Below are positions 59,953 through 64,000 of a stretch of DNA of 64,000 nucleotides, one piece after another; positions within the stretch are counted from its first letter, which is position 1; each line of letters opens with the position of its first letter. This DNA comes from Alphaproteobacteria bacterium (GTDB taxonomy: Bacteria; Pseudomonadota; Alphaproteobacteria; CAAHEQ01; UBA3637), in contig JAZKXR010000006.1 in assembly GCA_045611705.1 (NCBI GenBank), forward strand, positions 48,538 to 112,537, in the 5' to 3' direction. Below the pieces are notes generated by a model. The model was not told the origin of the DNA and did no database searches. It saw only the letters and a program-made list of their open reading frames with translations. The translations under genes and the position numbers were made by a program.

Positions 59953-60951
59953 ATGCGTCATCGTGTTTTTGTATACTTTTTATTGATTTTTGTGGCTGTT
60001 TCTTTGGTGGGGGGCAGCGTTTTATCCACCTATAACCAATTTATTTCAGAAGGACCGCTGACCGAACAGCGTGAAATTTTAATTCAATCTGGTGAATCTT
60101 TACGCAAAATCGCCCATCGCCTGCACCAAGAAGGCATTATTTCCAGCCCCACAGTTTTTGAATTGGGCGTGCGTGCCATGGGACACGGAACAGATATTCA
60201 AGTGGGTGAATATGCCATTCCCCGCCATGCCAGTATGAAATTAGTGGCCACTTTATTGACCAGCGGACAAACTTATGTACGCCGTTTGGTGATTCCCGAG
60301 GGTTTAACGTCTGATCAAGTTATTAAATCCATGGAAAATATGAAAGGCTTAATGGGGCAGGTGGTTCAAGTCCCAAAGAATGGAACATTATTGCCGGATA
60401 CTTATCATTATTCCTATGGCGACACAAAAGAAGGCATGTTGCAACGCATGAAAAATGCTATGACAACCACTTTGGATGAATTGTGGGCCAACCGTGATAC
60501 TTCCATTTCATTAAAGGATAAAAAACAAGTTTTGGTGATGGCTTCTATCATTGAAAAAGAAACCTCCAAGGACAACGAACGGGCACATATTGCATCCGTT
60601 TTTTATAATCGGATGAAAAAAGGAATCCGCCTACAATCCGATCCGACTGTGATTTATGCAATAACCAATGGTCAGGTGGAAAACAAAAAACGTGTCCTTT
60701 ATGAAGATTTAAAATTCCAAAGCCCCTATAATACCTATGTGATTTATGGTTTACCCCCTTCACCGATTGCCAATCCGGGGCGAGCATCCATTTATGCCGT
60801 TTTACATCCCATGAAAACAGATGATTTATATTTTGTGGCCGATGGAACGGGCGGACATGTATTCGCCAAAACATACAAAGAACACCAAAAAAACGTTCAA
60901 AAATGGCGCCAGGTTATGAAAAAAATCAAAACAAACCCCATCAATCCGTAA
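59953..60951 (+). CDS. mltG: Endolytic transglycosylase MltG
   Basis: IPEG, ASIIEKET, LQSDPT, SPYNTY...GLPP, YFVADG. Confidence 0.95.
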   Translation: MRHRVFVYFLLIFVAVSLVGGSVLSTYNQFISEGPLTEQREILIQSGESLRKIAHRLHQEGIISSPTVFELGVRAMGHGTDIQVGEYAIPRHASMKLVATLLTSGQTYVRRLVIPEGLTSDQVIKSMENMKGLMGQVVQVPKNGTLLPDTYHYSYGDTKEGMLQRMKNAMTTTLDELWANRDTSISLKDKKQVLVMASIIEKETSKDNERAHIASVFYNRMKKGIRLQSDPTVIYAITNGQVENKKRVLYEDLKFQSPYNTYVIYGLPPSPIANPGRASIYAVLHPMKTDDLYFVADGTGGHVFAKTYKEHQKNVQKWRQVMKKIKTNPINP

Positions 60952-61120
60952 CCATTTAAACAACACAATAAAGCAAACAATGTTTGGGTTATAATTTACA
61001 TTTTGGGAAAAGCATTCCCAAAAGAGTTCAAAGTTTTCCTTGACTTTTTGGACATAAAAGCTTATAATTCACACCATCACTTTTGCTATCATTTTTAACA
61101 TAAAAAAGAAAGGAAACAAT

Positions 61121-63196
61121 ATGTCTTTAAATACATTCTTTGCACCAAAATCCGTGGCGGTTGTTGGTGTTTCAGCCGATGAATCCAAATTGGGTGCGGT
61201 CGTTTTTAATAACCTGATTGATGCCGGTTTTGAAGGCAATTTATACGGTGTGAATCCCAAATTGGCCGGTCAGGAATTAAAGGGTAAAAAATGCTTTGCC
61301 TCCGTTCGTGATATTCCCGAGGCCGTTGATTTGGTCGTGTTGTTGGTGCCGGCCCGTTTTTGTGAAGCGGCTGTGGATGATGCCATTGCAAACGGTGCCA
61401 AAAACATCAGTATTATTACCGCCGGTTTTGGTGAAGTCGGTAACAAAGAATTAGAATTGACAATTGCCAAAAAATGTTTGGATGCCGGCATCAATGTGTT
61501 GGGTCCAAACTGTTTGGGACATATTTCCACTTTTGATAAATTAAATGCTTCTTTTGCGCCTTGCTTCCCATTAAAGGGTAATGTGGCCTTTATTTCTCAA
61601 TCCGGTGCTTATTGCAGTGCTATTTTGGATTGGGCCGAAGAAAAAGGCATTGGCTTTTCTCACTTTATTTCCGTGGGTAACAAGGCTGATTTGAACGAAG
61701 CCAGCTTGTTGGACTTCATTCAACATGACGAAAACACCAAGGCTTTTGTGTTCTATTTGGAAGGTCTCAAAAAAGGTCAGGAATTTTTACGTGTATTGAA
61801 AGAAGTTTCCAAAACAAAACCGTGCGTGATTATGGAACCTGGTAAATCCAGCAAAGCCCAAGCCGCCAGCTTGTCCCATACTGGTTCTTTGGCCCCCAAC
61901 TATCGTGTGTTGGAAATTGCCTTGCAACGCAGTGGTGCCATTCAAGTTTACACAACCCGTGAATTGTTCGGTGCTTTGGAATTATTGCAAAACGTCAATC
62001 ACACAGACTTTGGCGGTGCTGTCGGTATTTTGACAAACGCCGGTGGTGTGGGCGTGTTGGCATCGGATTTATGCGAAGAAGCCAAGTTGGATTTGGCAAG
62101 ACCGTCCGAAAAAACAATTGAAGCTTTACGTGCTGTTTTAACACCGGAAGCTTCTGTCGGTAACCCCATTGACGTGGTGGGTGATGCCAAAGCCGATCGT
62201 TATGAAAATGCTTTGCGCGTTTTGTGTGAATCCGGTGAATACAAAAACATCATTGTGTTGTTGACACCACAAATGTCCACAGAACCCGTTGAAACAGCCC
62301 AAGCTGTTATCAAAATGGCCGAACAATATAAAAACGTCAACATCTATTGTTCATTCATTGGTGGTTCCCGTGTGCGTGAAGCTGTTCAGTTGTTGAAAAA
62401 CGCCAAAATTTTGGCCTATGATTATCCGACAGACTGTATCCGTTTGCTCGGCTTGATGAAAGCTCAAATGGCATTCAAAGGATTGCCTGATGTCAAAGTT
62501 GAAACATCTGATGTGCCAGCCGATATTAAAGCCGCTGTTGCTTCTGCCGTTTCCGAAGGTTTGGCCTCTTTGCCGCAATCCACAATGAACATGATTATGG
62601 ATCATTATGGTATTGATTATCCCAAATGCGGTAACTTTACCGACAAAGCCGAAGCTTTGGCCTTTGCCAAAAACATCTTCCCTGTCGTGTTGAAATTGTC
62701 GGCCCCTGATGCCTTACATAAAACAGAAATGAAGGGTATCTATTTGAACATTGATTCCGAAGAAAAATTCAACGAAGCCTTTGATGCTTTAACCGCCACA
62801 ATCGCCAAGTTTGAATTAAAAGGTGCCAGCGTCTTGATTCAAGAAATGATTACCAAAGCCACCGAAACAATTATCGGTGTCAATTCCGATAAGAACTTCG
62901 GACGTGTGTTGGTGTTCGGTACAGGTGGTATTTATACCGAAGTCATGCGTGATACAACCATGCGTATCTTGCCTGCCAATGACTTTGATGCCATGATTAA
63001 AGAAACAAAAGTCGGCACAATCTTGAACGGTGTGCGTGGCGAAGATCCGAAAGCCGTTGGTCCTTTGGCCGATACTTTGGCAAAAGTGCAAAAATTGGTT
63101 TTGGAAATTCCTGAAATCACATCCATTGACGGCAACCCTGTATTGGTCACAAAAGACCGTGCCGTTGTGGTGGACTTCAAAATGTTGTTGAAATAA
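61121..63196 (+). CDS. ADP-forming acetate/acyl--CoA ligase (fused alpha-beta)
   Basis: PKSVAVVG CoA-binding domain, LGPNCLG, SQSGA, SHTGSLA (phospho-His), TNAGG, NPIDV, ATP-grasp with HKTE; no GNAT domain. Confidence 0.9.
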   Translation: MSLNTFFAPKSVAVVGVSADESKLGAVVFNNLIDAGFEGNLYGVNPKLAGQELKGKKCFASVRDIPEAVDLVVLLVPARFCEAAVDDAIANGAKNISIITAGFGEVGNKELELTIAKKCLDAGINVLGPNCLGHISTFDKLNASFAPCFPLKGNVAFISQSGAYCSAILDWAEEKGIGFSHFISVGNKADLNEASLLDFIQHDENTKAFVFYLEGLKKGQEFLRVLKEVSKTKPCVIMEPGKSSKAQAASLSHTGSLAPNYRVLEIALQRSGAIQVYTTRELFGALELLQNVNHTDFGGAVGILTNAGGVGVLASDLCEEAKLDLARPSEKTIEALRAVLTPEASVGNPIDVVGDAKADRYENALRVLCESGEYKNIIVLLTPQMSTEPVETAQAVIKMAEQYKNVNIYCSFIGGSRVREAVQLLKNAKILAYDYPTDCIRLLGLMKAQMAFKGLPDVKVETSDVPADIKAAVASAVSEGLASLPQSTMNMIMDHYGIDYPKCGNFTDKAEALAFAKNIFPVVLKLSAPDALHKTEMKGIYLNIDSEEKFNEAFDALTATIAKFELKGASVLIQEMITKATETIIGVNSDKNFGRVLVFGTGGIYTEVMRDTTMRILPANDFDAMIKETKVGTILNGVRGEDPKAVGPLADTLAKVQKLVLEIPEITSIDGNPVLVTKDRAVVVDFKMLLK

Positions 63197-63198
63197 CC

Positions 63199-63268
63199 AA
63201 GGGGGAACCGATGGAACGTAATTTTTAATATAAACTATCCCCAGCCAAATCGGTTGGGGATTTTTTTA
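63199..63268 (+). repeat. MERNF minigene unit, copy 1 (RBS, 5-codon ORF, terminator)
   Basis: AAGGGGG, ATG GAA CGT AAT TTT TAA (63211-63228), hairpin ATCCCCAGCC/GGTTGGGGAT plus T tract. Confidence 0.7.
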
Positions 63269-63375
63269 TTGACACAAAACAAAAAATGTTGTACTTTCTT
63301 CATCTAAGGAGGAAAATATGGAACGTAATTTCTAAAAAAAACTATCCCCGGCCAAAACGGTCGGGGATTTTTTTT
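63269..63375 (+). repeat. MERNF minigene unit, copy 2 with its own promoter
   Basis: TTGACA-17-TACTTT (63269-63297), AAGGAGG, ATG GAA CGT AAT TTC TAA (63318-63335), hairpin ATCCCCGGCC/GGTCGGGGAT plus T tract. Confidence 0.7.
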
Positions 63376-63511
63376 ATCTGTCCGTTTCAAGCGCTTTTTG
63401 CAATTTTTGCTTTAATTCTGAACGATTTTGATGTTTTGATTTATTAAAAGTTGACAAAATTAAAAAGCGTGATATAATAACCTTGTATTCGAATTAAAAG
63501 GAGAAAAAATC

Positions 63512-64000
63512 ATGTTTAAAAGTTATTCTGTCAACAATCACCAAATGAACATTCCTGAAGACGATATCTTTTTAAAGGGAAAGAAAATTATCCATTTCCC
63601 GATTGAAAACACCCCAGAAGCAGAACATTTTGATGAACGTATTCACAAAGGAACAAAACAACCTACCGAAATTGATCAGTTGATTATCCACTGCTCTTTT
63701 GAACCGGATATTGAACGCGTTTTAAAAGAAAAAAACTATACTGGAGCCCATTATGTTATTCACAGAGACGGGACTATTTTACAATGTATTGATGAAAGTA
63801 AGCGTGCTTATCATGCTGGCGTTTCCTCTTGGGCAGAAGTACGCGGTGGTGATGACAATGTGAACGCTCATGCTATTGGTATTGAAGTAGAAAATCCCAC
63901 TTTTGGCAGTACAACTGAATATTCACCAGAACAATTAGACAGCTTAATTCGCCTTTCAAAAAGTATTATCGCCCGTCACCATATCAAACCTCACAATGTT
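63512..64000 (+). CDS. N-acetylmuramoyl-L-alanine amidase (Amidase_2/AmpD-like), truncated by the window end
   Basis: Manual translation: LIIHCS...AHYVIHRDG...RAYHAGVSSW...VNAHAIGIEVEN. Promoter TTGACA-16-TATAAT at 63451-63478 and RBS AAGGAG. Confidence 0.85.
   Translation, partial: MFKSYSVNNHQMNIPEDDIFLKGKKIIHFPIENTPEAEHFDERIHKGTKQPTEIDQLIIHCSFEPDIERVLKEKNYTGAHYVIHRDGTILQCIDESKRAYHAGVSSWAEVRGGDDNVNAHAIGIEVENPTFGSTTEYSPEQLDSLIRLSKSIIARHHIKPHNV

Overview
AT-rich, gene-dense chromosomal segment of an alphaproteobacterium, probably an uncultured, streamlined, host- or gut-associated fermentative lineage. The assignment rests on a permuted two-piece tmRNA with tag ANDNFAPVAMAA and on the gene orders mlaEF-radA-cvpA, rne/amiC and acpP-fabF-mltG; the lifestyle is inferred. 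Most of the window is housekeeping: uvrC, pgsA, rlmH, radA, two MCE/Mla ABC systems, udg, recX, comEC, infC (ATC start), rnhA, ptsN, hpf, hemW, rsmI, obgE, fadL, rpmE, tolC, rne, amiC, ssrA, acpP, fabF, mltG, an ADP-forming acyl-CoA synthetase, tRNA-Arg(TCT) and tRNA-Glu(TTC). The main oddities are: (1) a closely coupled operon of a membrane NERD-like protein, an orphan VirD4 coupling ATPase, an HNH-like protein and a SUKH/YrhA-like immunity protein, with no virB or relaxase genes in the window; (2) two tandem copies of an RBS-MERNF pentapeptide-terminator unit with synonymous and compensatory changes; (3) a protein with two HEPN RxxxxH motifs; (4) an ankyrin/beta-barrel gene next to a ~105-Cys eukaryote-like surface protein; (5) a 1-kb integrase-less islet at tRNA-Glu flanked by 37-bp direct repeats; (6) a glycan island at tRNA-Arg with an orphan phage tail fibre and chaperone behind a two-terminator leader; (7) YraN-BON and InsA-like/SGNH fusions; (8) several apparently leaderless genes. 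No CRISPR array, rRNA or intact transposase/integrase was seen. All family assignments are from motif recognition, not database searches.
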